A stretch of 56,564 nt of DNA, filler included, from Basidioascus undulatus (taxonomy: Eukaryota), in the NCBI GenBank assembly GCA_000826855.1. It is 4 parts of 4 records of this genome, joined end to end, with 100 filler letters (N's around TTAATTAATTAA, not from the genome) between each part and the next. Parts side by side here need not be neighbours in the genome. Positions count along the whole stretch, not along the records: positions 1 to 14,135 come from JTLS01000757.1; 3 more parts are not named here. One strand, 5' to 3'. The position numbers and the translations under genes are program-made. The notes under the pieces were generated by a model that was not told the origin of the DNA, ran no database searches, and worked only from the letters and a program-made list of their open reading frames with translations. Shown in pieces: positions 1-11,810 of the stretch (position 1 is the first letter of the stretch; each line of letters opens with the position of its first letter).

Positions 1-127
1 GTCCGTCTTGGTTCAGTCCCGCTGCCGTATCGCTATCTCCCCTCTCCCCTTCCCTTGGCTTTTTTCTCCTCGACCGCGAGAGCCCCAGAGAGCAACAGAG
101 CACGCTGACCTTCGATGGACGCAACAG

Positions 128-450
128 CCGGCCTCCTGGACGAAGCGCACACGCACTACATCCGCTCCAAGGAGCTTGGCGTCGCGCGCGCGGAGGAGAA
201 CGCGCGGAATGTGCGTTCTTCCTTCATCATCCTTCCTCTCCCCTATCTTTCCCTCCCCATCCGCCACCTTTCCTCCCTTCTGTCTCCCCTTCTCTCTCCT
301 TAATCCGGAGTCGGCAGTCCCATGGGGGGCATGCAAAGCTGACTGGAGATGCGGTGTGGTGGGTAGGTCGGCGCAAAGCTCCTTGCCGAGCGGGTGAAGA
401 AGGCGGCGGCGGAGGCGGAGGCGGCGGAGGGAAAGGGCGAGAAGGAGTGA
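128..450 (+). CDS. 3' end of a protein-coding gene (possibly a TPR-like protein), 2 exons visible
   Basis: Exons 128-210 and 367-450 joined by a GT..AG intron with a GCTGAC branch point. Spliced: GLLDEAHTHYIRSKELGVARAEENARNVGAKLLAERVKKAAAEAEAAEGKGEKE*. The family call is tentative. Confidence 0.6.
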
Positions 451-1139
451 TGCGTTCAGGGTTGGCTGACTCGATGCTGGTTGGAGTGGGAGAAAAGAGG
501 GAGTGGAAGTGGAAGTGGGAGGGCGGAAGGAGAGGGCGGGCGAGGAAGGGAGGAAGGGGAGAAGAAAAGGAAGCGGACGATTTGCATCGCATAGACACTC
601 ACTCACTCCCATGTTGAATCTGAATATCAACACTATGGTTGGGTGTGCGCGAGGCGAGGCGAGGTGGGGCGGAGGGTTGAGCTTGAGCGTTCAGGCAGCG
701 AGGAATCATGAGTCATTTGGGAGGGTTGTAGTGCACTGATACAGAAAGGAGGACGTGCCTGTGAGGCTTGAGACTACTGAGGAGGCATGGCAGAGCACCT
801 AGGGGGCCCTTCGTCACAGATTCGTCTGGGATACACAGCCTGACGAACCCCCAACTGCTTGCCATTCCCTTGGCGATACCCGTGCCGCTATTCAGTCCGA
901 CCTGACTAAATTCTCTGGATTGAACTGGAGAAGTTCGAGCTATCTGGAGTGGAGAAGTAAACGGTAACGCGCCGCATTGCGCCCACAGCGGAGTGCATTG
1001 CACGTTGCTGTGTCCGCGGTAGACCAATGTATACCATTCACAGCAACATTTCGTAGGTATGCGTCAACAGGGAAGAAGCTATTCACGCAGTCCTTCTCCT
1101 TCTCAGTCCTCTCTTGTCTCGAATGGCGGCTGCGGCGCG

Positions 1140-2477
1140 CTAAACGTTCCGTAGCCGTTCGACATGTCTTCGCGGATCCTGCGTTGGCGGAATTGGATTC
1201 GTCACAAGAGCGAACGAAGAAGAGGACCCGCGAGAAGGAGAGGATGAAGTGGAGTGAGGCAGCATAACTAACTTGTACTGTTTCCTAGCGTCCTGTATCA
1301 GAGCCGGCGGTCAGCCACATGCGAACGGTACTGAACAGCGGACAAGAACGCACCTCGAGCACGTCCAGATCAACCTCGACCACCTCCATCCTTTCCTCGC
1401 TCTCCCTAAACTTAAGCACCTCCCCCACCAGCGGCGCCGTCACGGCGCTCCTCCCAATAAAGCCCTCCTCGGCGCTCCCACCCGCATTGGCCATAACGAC
1501 CACACACTCGTTCTCGAACGCTCGGGTCACACACAGCGCTGGCCCCCATCCCCAAGCACCATCCCAGTCAGTCGCCCTCCTCCCCATCCTTCTCCTTCTC
1601 ACGAAGCGCGACCTACAGTCCAAAAACACCGTCTCCGCATCCGCATTCCACCGGCTCGCCGCGTCGCCTCCGTCCGTGCCCAGCCAGAACGTCGGCGCAA
1701 AGACGATGTCGACCTCCTGGGCGACGAGCGGACGGAAGGACTCGGGGAACGCGAGGTCCCAGCACGCGAGGAGGGACGCGCGGAAGCCAAAGCGCGTGGA
1801 GAAAACGGAGTGCGGGTCGGTGCCGGGCGCGCACCAGGCTCTGAGGAGGACGAAGAGGATGGTTAGTAGGGTGGGTGGTGGGGGGCGAGGAAGGAAGGAG
1901 AAGGACCGCTCGGGATGCCACTGTGTTGTGAGGGTCAGGTCGGACTTGAGTACTGGGAGAGAGTGGAGAAGAGACGAAGAGGCGCACGAGGTTCTTCTTC
2001 TGGTAGGAGCCTAATATTTCCCCGTCGCGGGATATGTAGTACGCTGTGTTGCTTTTCCCGAAAGATTCAGCGCGGCAGCCTGATGAAGAGAAGAGAAGGA
2101 CATACTAGATCTGCGTGCGATCCTGCGGGCTCCGCTCCACAAACGTCCCGCTAACAAGATCGACGCCGTACTTCCTCGCCAGCTTCTTCGCATGTCCCAA
2201 CTGGGCCGACTCCTCATCTGCAAGGTGCTATTCCCCCCGCCCAATTCCACACTCAGCAACCTCTTTCACTCCACACGTCCTCCCAGCGACACACCAGCGT
2301 CTCGTCACTCAGCGCGCCCGTGATGTAAAACTCGGGGAAGACGACTATGTCGGCATTTTGGACGCTCGCGTCTGAGACGAAGGATTCGAGTCGCGCGAGG
2401 TTGCGCGAGACGTGCGAGGGCGTGGGGTGCAGGGCCGGGGAGAACTGCACGACGGCTATGCGGATGGGGTTGGGCAT
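1140..2477 (-). CDS. Carbon-nitrogen hydrolase / nitrilase superfamily protein (multi-exon)
   Basis: Motifs RIAVVQF, DIVVFPEF (catalytic Glu), YQKKNL-WHPER (Lys; WHPER is on a 14-nt exon), LLACWDLAFPE (Cys), RAFENE..VMANAGG. The last exons give DARKQY/RIREDMSNGYGTF*. Confidence 0.9.
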
Positions 2478-3310
2478 GATCGAAGATTCGAAGGGGCTTG
2501 GTTAGTGGATTTGATTGGAGGGGCGTTAGTGGATAGTGAGGAGGCAGGATTATGGAGGGGGAGAAGGAAGACGGGATAGCGGTGAGCTGAGAGAAGCGGG
2601 GGTTCTCAAGCGTCGGCAAGCGGGCAGGATCACTGAGGGACACATGACGTTGGTTTCGAAGACAACGGCTGATCGGTTGGTCGTCCAATATTTCCCATGA
2701 AAAGCTCTCGAAAAGCCATCCAGGAGGCAATAGTATCATCCGCGGGTGTGTAAAGCCGAAGTAACTTTCGACAGATGTTGTGGCTCCAACCGATTGCACT
2801 GAGGCTTCCACGGCAAGGCGCGATTCACGTCTTGATCTTCTGCCAGTGCTCGATTCTGATACCCTAGTGCCTCGGTTTTTATCCAAACGGCAGTTCATAC
2901 CCATATTCTTCTACGGGAGTCGAACGTCGGCCCGCCTCAACTGGTCAGCCAAAAGCCGCCTGTTACACACTCTGTCCCATCGCTCGGCTCGCGAGTTGTA
3001 TCTGCACCGCTTTCCTCCACCTTCTTCCCGTACTTGCCTCTCCTACATCCTTCGCAGTGTAGCGTGCCTGACTGAGCACAGCATCCATGGATCTATGTTG
3101 GTCCAGGCGAGCGCCCCCGCAGCGAGCTGGGTCAGTCTGAAAAGCTGAAAAGGCGGGTCTGCCAAAAATAGGGCCGCCAGTCTGTGCTCCACTTCAACTT
3201 CGCGGCATCTCCCGCCTCCCTCTCTCCTCTCTCTATTCCTTACCACCACCATCGACTTTCGATCGAATCGACCCACCATTCTCCCCTACTCACAGCGCGC
3301 TTAGCTCGCG

Positions 3311-4151
3311 ATGTCGGCGAACGATGTGCGGCGGTCCTCATGAGCTCACTCATCTGAATTGGAGTCTGACTGAGCTGGGGAGTTCAGTACTACAACGGGC
3401 CGCAGGGCGGTTATCCTCCTCAGGGCGGCTACCCTCCTCAGGTGAGGGCACATCTCTGTATCGCAAGCAGAAGCGGGGGGGTGGGAGCCGCGAGGAGGGC
3501 TGGAAGGGAGAGGTCGTTGCAGGAGCGTGGCGGCCTTCATCACGAGCTGTCTGTTTGTGGAACCTGACGATCATTTTGTTTGACAGCAGCAGGGTGGCTA
3601 CTACCCCCCACCTCCGTAGGTCATGCTCTCGACTTCGGTAATATAGAGCTGTCCTGAAAAGATCGTGTGGATAGGCCCCAGGCTTACGGGGGGCAGGGTC
3701 AGCCGTACGGCGGCTACCCGCAGCAACCAGGCGTGCGTTCCCAGTCTTGAATTTCAGTGCTGGATGAAAATTGACGCGAATGTGGAGCAATAGTACCAGC
3801 AGCAGCCTGTGTACGTTTGTTCAGCTATATGAGCGAAAATTTAGTATTTGACCTGACGTTATCGGGGTTGGCAGCTACGTCCAGCAGCAGGACAAGGGCA
3901 ATAGCGGCCGCGGCGCTGGCACCGGCTGCTGTGCTTGGTGCGTTGTTGCGGCTGGGCTTCCCACCTTCGGACAGAGCTGACATTGCAATTTTTGGGTCAT
4001 TTCCAGTCTCGCGGGCGCTTGGTGAGCTACATGATGGTTCCCTGTCTCCAGCCCACGGGCAGCCTCTGACTCTCTCTGCCCCTCCCCCTCACACAGCTTG
4101 TGCTGCTGCGCCGAAGAGATGTGCATCGACTGCTGCTTTGACTGCTTCTAG
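3311..4151 (+). CDS. CYSTM-family cysteine-rich tail-anchored small protein (about 101 aa, 8 exons)
   Basis: Exons 3311-3325, 3388-3441, 3587-3615, 3675-3732, 3794-3810, 3875-3937, 4007-4021 and 4097-4151 splice in frame, all GT-AG. Product: MSANDYYNGPQGGYPPQGGYPPQ...YVQQQDKGNSGRGAGTGCCACLAGACLCCCAEEMCIDCCFDCF*. Confidence 0.88.
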
Positions 4152-6922
4152 ATACCAAGATGACTTCGCCAAACAATTGTGCTTTGTTAATATACCCGGC
4201 TTACGATCTACTACGATGTCATGGATAATGCATATTCACTATGTTGCCTGTTGACTTGTGGTGGACCGGTGGTGCGGCGATTCAACATAGGCGTTCCTTG
4301 TCAAGCTGTATAATCCCATGAAGTTGTGTCAGTCAGCGCCGGAAAGAGCAGCGTTTTCGGAAGAGCTTTTCCTGTGCCTCACCTAGTGCGTTTCGGTGGT
4401 GCCTTTCCTGCGCCTTGCCTGGTTTTTTCTGGCCAAGCCAGCATCCATCGACAAATGATTTAACGTATCAACTACCATTCCTGCCCAGGAAGTGTCAGGA
4501 AAAGGCGCTTTCCCGTCACCGCCTAAGCGGCCGACGCAGGGCAGGCCAAGGAAAGGTCCAATTTCCATGCAGTATCTGGGCCAACCGTCCGCCAATTTCA
4601 TCTCGGTGTCACCAATATAACACAAACTCATAAGTCCGATTAAAGAGCTGAATCACCCCCTCGTATGGATATTAGGGCCCAAGAAGCATTAGCGAGTCCC
4701 TTCCAGAAACCAGGCAGGATCACCCGGGCGTCCTTCCAGGGCGTATAGTATACCCTGCCACCGCTGCCCGGAATACTCTGCACCTACATCGCCATGGAGC
4801 TGCTCTATACCGTCTTTTACAATCCACAGCTCTCATCCTTCACATACTTTTCCCGCTTGCTTCCAGCTTCCGGCCCGCCTTCACTCCCGCCAGAATCTTC
4901 AACCCAGCTCGCCATGGCGGTTCCACGCGCACAGGCGGAATGCCGTGAGCTTAAGCTTGATGACCCTCAAAATCCTGAAGACCCATGTGCAGGTCCGCAT
5001 GCTTAGCATATCGGAGGCTGAAATGGGCAAACAGAAAAGGTGTGAGGATGGAGGACTACAACAGGGCGACCTTGTGCTTCAACGGCCTGGAAATTTATTT
5101 GTGCTATATGCTTTACAGGCCTGAGCCAGTGGAAATTTGGAAGAGTAGGTGGTCCGGGGGAAGGCAGTCTGCCAGCCAAGATGCATTCACAATACCGTGC
5201 GCAGAGACTGCCGCGCGGGCGGGTTATGACTCAAACTCACCGACCTTCATGTGCTGAGAGGTCAGAGGGCCTCCTCAGCAGGCTCTATCATCCAGAACGA
5301 AAAGACTTATCTTCATCGCCAGTGCATCCTCTCCCTCGCCTACTCCTGATCCTCTCTCTCCGCCAATGCCTCTGATACGTCTACTACACAGCCAATGTTA
5401 CATAGTATATATACCCTCCAGGTGTATTAAAGCCCTCGCATGTATAGAAATTTTACAGAAGACGGGGAGGGAGACTAGTGGTGGGCAATGTGCTACGAAA
5501 GCGAGCACTGCGGCGAGGCAAATGCAAGGCGGTCATGAGCTTGAACATTTCAGTTGCTTCTGGGCAGAAGATGAGACCAAAGTGCAAGCTAAAAGGTGAT
5601 ATTTCATGGGTGAAGGGCGACACGACGGGAACATCGACGAATAGGGCTGAGAAGCAAAGTCCCTCTACGCTCGCGCTGGCAGTGCGCTTTCCCTGTTAAT
5701 TACCGGAGCATGAAAGCGGACTTGCACGGCAAATTTTCTAAGGTCGAGGGAGTTTGAGCTACCTTGGACTGCCTGGTCAACCAACCTGATCAGAAGATTT
5801 TCCCACAGTTACCGAACACGAGCTTCCGCTAGCGCATATATTCATGAAAAGAAAGTTTGTAAGGGTGGGTATGTATACAAGCGTTCTACCGTAACGGATC
5901 ACCCAAGGGCCCACCACTTGCGCGAATGCTCACCCACCTGGGCTTCTCAACTTCACAAAATTTCAGGCATGCAAGTGTAAATGCGCTGCATGGGCCCTGT
6001 ACAGGGAGCAGCAGTCAGGAGCTGTGCTTTGCCACCCTCAACGCTGCCTGAAAGCACGTCCGCTTGTTTCCGGCCTGTTTCTGCATGCCAAGCACACAGA
6101 GCCAACCCATGCCAAGGCCGCCTGTAAAGTCATCCTAAGTTGTGGATGTAACAAGTTCAAGGTCAACCCTTGAAGAATATTACATCTCCTAAGAGCATCG
6201 AGTGCCCCTTGTTTCTGTGATGCTGTGCTGCATCCCAAGTCCATGGCTGGGCGCTCACAAGTAACTCCCCAGAAACGTCTCCTACGTACCTACAGCACTT
6301 AGAAGCTCAGGAAGCTTGCCTACAGTAAGCATCATTAAAAGTTGCCACAATAATCTGTCGACACCAGGAAAAAGCGGACGCATTGAAGGAGAAAGGAACG
6401 ACGGCCCGCAAATTGCTCCAAAGTGATAGCGGGGCTACAGACAACAGGTCTTCGCACGCTGATCCCCCAAGTTCCACAGCCAGAGGCCCATTACAGGATT
6501 TCCTTTTGAATGTACTTGCTTTCATATCGTCGCTCACAGAGCGGTGCTGCGGCTGGTCTCTACAGGCTGGGCTACCGTCGGGCTTTGCAGGAATGGCCGG
6601 CGGTGCGGCGGACGCCTGGTGGGTAGGTAGGACGCCACCAGCAAAGCCCGGCCTCCGAACCTGCAGGAACGCCCTTTCGTTTCATATGCCGTAATTTATG
6701 GGCGGAAATCACTCAGAGTACATGTACCATTACTTGCGTGCGCGCCTGATGTACGGCGTCTGGCCTTCAACACACTTTCACACACACGCTCCTTGATCCG
6801 TAGCCACTAACTACATCCGCCATTACCGTTTCCTTACGCACCCACAGCTGTCGAATCACCACACATTTTTGGCCTTCCTGACCCGCCTCTTCCTATCGCC
6901 TCGAAGCTCCTTTGGCACCGAC

Positions 6923-9900
6923 ATGCTGCGAGACCGAATGAGCTCGCGGACAAGCGTTGCTAGCGGAGCAGGGCTCCTGCCCAACCGGGTGCGTCAAGGC
7001 AATGCCGTGTTCACAGCAGCAGGCGTACAACTCCCTACCTCAGCGCAGTCCTGGCGGCTCCACCAGCGAGAAGTACGCCATGTCCAGCGATCCCGCTCAG
7101 TGGGGCGGTCAACACCTGGGACCTGAGCCCGACGATTCACTGCGTGCGTTAATTTGGTAGTGCTACTTCTTGGCAGTCACTGACTTCTTCTCGTTCTGCA
7201 GACAATCCTGAACCGGTCAGAGACAGGTTGAGCCCTTCCTCGCTCGTAGCTTCCTTTCGGCTGGTGTTGACGAGGCGGAAGAGAGGGCAGGAAAAATGAC
7301 GGGGGTGGAACAATATTCAAAAAAAGAGGAATGATGAACTTGGGGATGTTGCTGGTTCTGGGTGCGTCCGTTGCGCTTTCTGGAGCATGGCTTTAATATT
7401 AAACGCGAGGTTCTGGACCCTCCAGCTGTCGCTTTGATAACTTTGTTCCTTGGCTACCCCGTAATCAGTTGAGACAAGAATCCCCCATAAACTTGTGCAA
7501 CTCCCGCACCGTTGCTTACTACTGGATACAGCCGCCGTAAAAAGTCGCCGCCAGAGTACCTCCGGGGCATACAATTTGGCGAGTCTTGCTGCTCCCATTG
7601 CAACCGACATTCGACTTTTGACATTCTTTTAAAGGGAGGCGTCAACGCTTCAGGGTAAATCGCTTCTGCCCGTGGAAGGGTAAAGCACGGGGGCCAGCTT
7701 CGACGTCTTCGTTCTTGCGACTGACTGTTGGTATAGGGCTTGATCGACGACGACACACCTGAATCCGCGAAGACGTAAGCCATTAGTTTTAAAGGCCTAC
7801 CCTGACCATCATATCTAAACTTGCTGCTTGCCAGGCGAATCGGCTTCGACAGGGGCAAGCACCTGGACTAGTTCGTTCTGTCCCCCGTAAATGTATCCTC
7901 AGACTATCTCAGATCTATCTTATTTCCGCAGCGAGCTCATATTTTCGGATGAATTCAACACTGATGACCGCTCGTTCTATCCGGGTGGGTTTGGAGTGCC
8001 GCCCCAATTATATTTGCGAAGCTCACGCGGCGCGCAGGCGACGACCCGTACTGGGAGGCGGTGGACATACATTACTGGCAAGTCCCTTCGTATAGTATGA
8101 AGTTCTTTGGCTTACGGTTCACATTCAAAAAAGGACTACAAACAATCTCGAGGCTATTGAGCCCTGCATTCAGATAATTGACCCGTATCTGAGCATCGTG
8201 CATCTCAGTGGTATTCGCCGAGGCGCGTCACCACCTCCGGTGGCAACTTGCAGATCACCCTTGACAACTCGCCATCGCACAATCTGGTCAGCAGCACCCT
8301 TGAGGTTAATGAGGCTGTACCTGAACTTACCGCTTGTAGGACTTTGAGGGAGGCATGGTGGCTTCGTGGAACAAGGTACGCAACGCACAACGCGGTCGTT
8401 CTTGAGAGACACTCACCTGACTCTTGTCGTCTTTGTAGTTCTGCTTTACTGGGTATTCTATGTTTACAAATACTTTATTATTGACTACTCTAACTGGAGA
8501 CGTTTCTCAGGGGATATATTGAGGCAAACCTCAGTTTGCCTGGTGCCTCTGACATCTGGTGTGTCCGTAGCCGCACGAGCGATGTGCCTATTCTGACAAT
8601 TCGTCTCTTTTTAGGGGTCTCTGGCCCGCATACTGGCTCATGCTACGCATCTAATATATTCTTCTCGAGACCTTCATGGTAAACTGACGTGCTACCCCGC
8701 TATTAGGCCAACCTGGGGCGAGCAGGCTACGGTGCAACAACGGAGGGCATGGCACGTCGCCTTGCTATCATGGAGTATGCCGCAGGCTGACATTATCTTT
8801 AAATTTTTAGTGGGTGCGTATTCCGAAAGAACAACGCATTGTGGGCCTCGTTTACAGGCGATGGACAGCCCTACTCATACGACCACTGCGACGTTGGCGT
8901 AAGCGCCGTCATATCTCTGTTCGTTCATGACCACTGATCCACATGCACGGGCGTAATGCGTACACACTCCACAATCAAAGTTTTGCCGCGCAGCCAGAGA
9001 CGGCTTATACCCGAGGCTCAGAGGGAGACACACTCTCTTACCTGCCAGGACAGCGGTTGTCGCGCTGCACCTGCGAAGGAGAGGTGTGTCGTGCTACGTG
9101 CTTTATTCGGTTTATAGACCGCGCTCACAATCAAAAATTCAGGTCCACCCCGGTCCGAAGCGTAGCGACGGTAAACGTTCATTTCACCCAGTCGACAAGA
9201 GCCAGGCTGATTGATACCTCAGGCACCTACCTTGGGCGGAGTGCTGCCGAGGTATGTTTATCTTGTGAATGCACAACAACGACTTAGACACATGACTGAT
9301 AGACCTTTTTACCGAATAGATTGATGTGATCGAGGCTCAGGTCAGTTGCGGACTTCTTTAAATGCAGATGACACAGAGCTGACGATCCGGGCACGAAGGT
9401 GGACCAATCTACTCGCACCGGTCACGTCTCCATGTCAGGACAGGTGCTGTAAATCTTCTCTCGTTTAAATTCTTCCTCTAAAGTTCTTTTCACATCTGAA
9501 CAGTTCGCCCCCTTTAATGCGGACTACCAATGGACAACCTTACCGACAACTACGTTATCAGTGAGTAGTTTGCCCGCGTGTGCTTCACAGCGACACATCC
9601 GCCAATGGTAGCCCTTTTCAGACCAGCCGTAAGTATAATGCTGATCCTCTACTTGATCTGCTCGTTGATCCTCCCGCTCAGTGACATGGATCACTTTAAC
9701 GTAAGCTGATCCGAGCATGAGCCAGCTACTTTGCAGGCTGACGGTGTGCTCTTGCAGACCTACGTGGGTCAGGCGGCAACCTTTTTTCCGGGGCGGTGGA
9801 CTTACTCGTATTACCCATAACAGCTCGGAAGCGTATACCAGCAGTGAGTTGCTGGCTGTGCAATGCCATCAAAGATACCGCAGAAACTTCTCACGCTTGG

Positions 9901-11444
9901 AGCGATTCGACCTTGTAGATCGACAAGCGTCGTTGTCCACACTGTATGTGCCCTTGTCCGAGGCGTTCATGAGCTGCTTCCACTGATGCTCAGACGCGTA
10001 GGACAAAACCGCATACCAACACTCGGGTGGTAACTTCGCGACGTGCGTCTTCTTATATTTGCGATGCTTTCGAAGCTGAACGTACATACAATCTACACAC
10101 GCCAGATACGGGTGAGAAGACCAGATCACCGATGGGTTTGACGGGGTTCATTATTAACCGAGTTTGGCGGATTGCGGTGCAGACTTGAATATTGGCCTGG
10201 TTTAGAGGAGGACGAGGCCTACATCAGCTGGTGGGTAAACGGGTAAGTGCTGCTCTTGTTCAAATAAACCAGCTTATCTTTGAGTCATTTGCTCCTGTCA
10301 GAGAGCTGCGTTGGGCCATGAACGGTACGTCCTTTCGCGAGAGGACCCGCTCCAAAGGCGATAAGATCGGCAGCTCACGCATGTGCACAGCTGCTGGTGT
10401 CGGAGCCGACCCCATCGTCAACATCTCAGCGCGGAGTATACCTTACGAGCCCATGTACATCATCTTCAACTTGGGATTGTCCTACAAGTAAGTCACCTAC
10501 GCATCGAGTAGCGACGCCATACTTAACTTGAAATCCGCCCAGCTTCGGAGACATTGCCCTTGAGTAAGCCTTTTGACTGCTAATGTTTCGTCTTGATTAC
10601 TTACCATCAGAACTTAAGCAGCCTCATGGAATGGCCCAACTTACTTTTGGTACGCGCGCCGACTATCCCGACCGCCCACAGCTCTCAACGGCCTGACACG
10701 CATGAGCAGGTCGACTACGTCCGACTCTACCAACGCACGGGTGCGCGTAACGTAGGCTGCGACGTATGTCTCTCGTGTGATTGTTTTATGAGCCCGGAAG
10801 AGATTCTGACAGCATCGCTGCTCCGCCAGCCGGACGGCTACCCTACCTCCGACTAGGTAAGCACCCATTGATCCACACATCCTATGTTCTCACTAACCGA
10901 ACCTATGTTTTGGGGTGACAGTACGCACCGGAATTTTCACGCCGTCTATAACCGGAGCTCCGTACTAAAATACCCGTGGCTCAGCATCAACCTGTTCCCA
11001 GAGGTGTACAACGTGCTTGTTGATCTTTGTGCTTCTTTGGTCGTTGACTGCGACGCCCGCGTGTTGCTTTTCACCCTTTCGAACTGGATCTAATGGATAC
11101 GTTCTTACTCTCTTACTCACAGAACGCAAACCTTACGACTTGGGAAGATTCGTAAGGCTCGTCTCACAAGCGACGGAATCCATCTGACCCTTGCTCGGCA
11201 TCGCAATACTGCAGGGGCTACGCCGTTCCGAGTGCGTCTCCCTATCTTTTCTGCAGCTCAAGAACCCTGGAGGCTAAAAGGTGGGACTGATGGTTTGTGT
11301 CGACGCAGAGAACGCCCTGGTGAGCCGTTTCTCACTGAGTTGGGAGCTCCGCCGTCGATCTTGCTGAATCTCTTTCACCTACACCCCCAGCTCCACCAGG
11401 ACGACCCAACCTGCCAGAAAGCGCTCGCCACCGCGCCCGACTAG
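6923..11444 (+). pseudogene. KRE6: KRE6/SKN1-like beta-1,6-glucan synthesis protein (GH16), more than 30 short exons, apparently disrupted
   Basis: Spliced motifs: EPDDSLHNP, TM segment [123 protein letters not shown]. Lesions: in-frame TAA 7656-7658, CT donor 8643, AC acceptor 8962-8963, probable 1-nt deletion near 9533. Confidence 0.8.
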
Positions 11445-11810
11445 CTCAAGGGCCTCATCGACCGGGAGTCTTACCACCAGACGAACCCCTACGCGAGCGG
11501 CGCGGCGGCGTGAGCCACGGGCCGTCTGCGGCAACTCTCTGTTCCTCCGTTCTCCTTTTCCTTGTTTCCTCTTCCACGCCGGACTTTCATGCCCTTGGAT
11601 CGAACTTTTCATACGCTTGGCCCGCGCTCGATACTCCCTCATTGTATCCCTAACCGACTGCCTTTGCATCACATACCGACGCGTAGTGCGTGTCTGACAC
11701 GAAAGCGTCTGCCGCGTATTCTCTACAGCAAATAAGGGTCAATGCAACATGCGAAGCGTACGCAAGTCAAAAGTACAATGTGCGCCAGAACATCCGACAA
11801 GCATGTCTGG

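Noticed and set aside
4300..6800. Short ORFs in the long intergenic stretch (also 15000-16700)
   Set aside because: No motifs, consistent splice pattern or codon bias supporting a gene.
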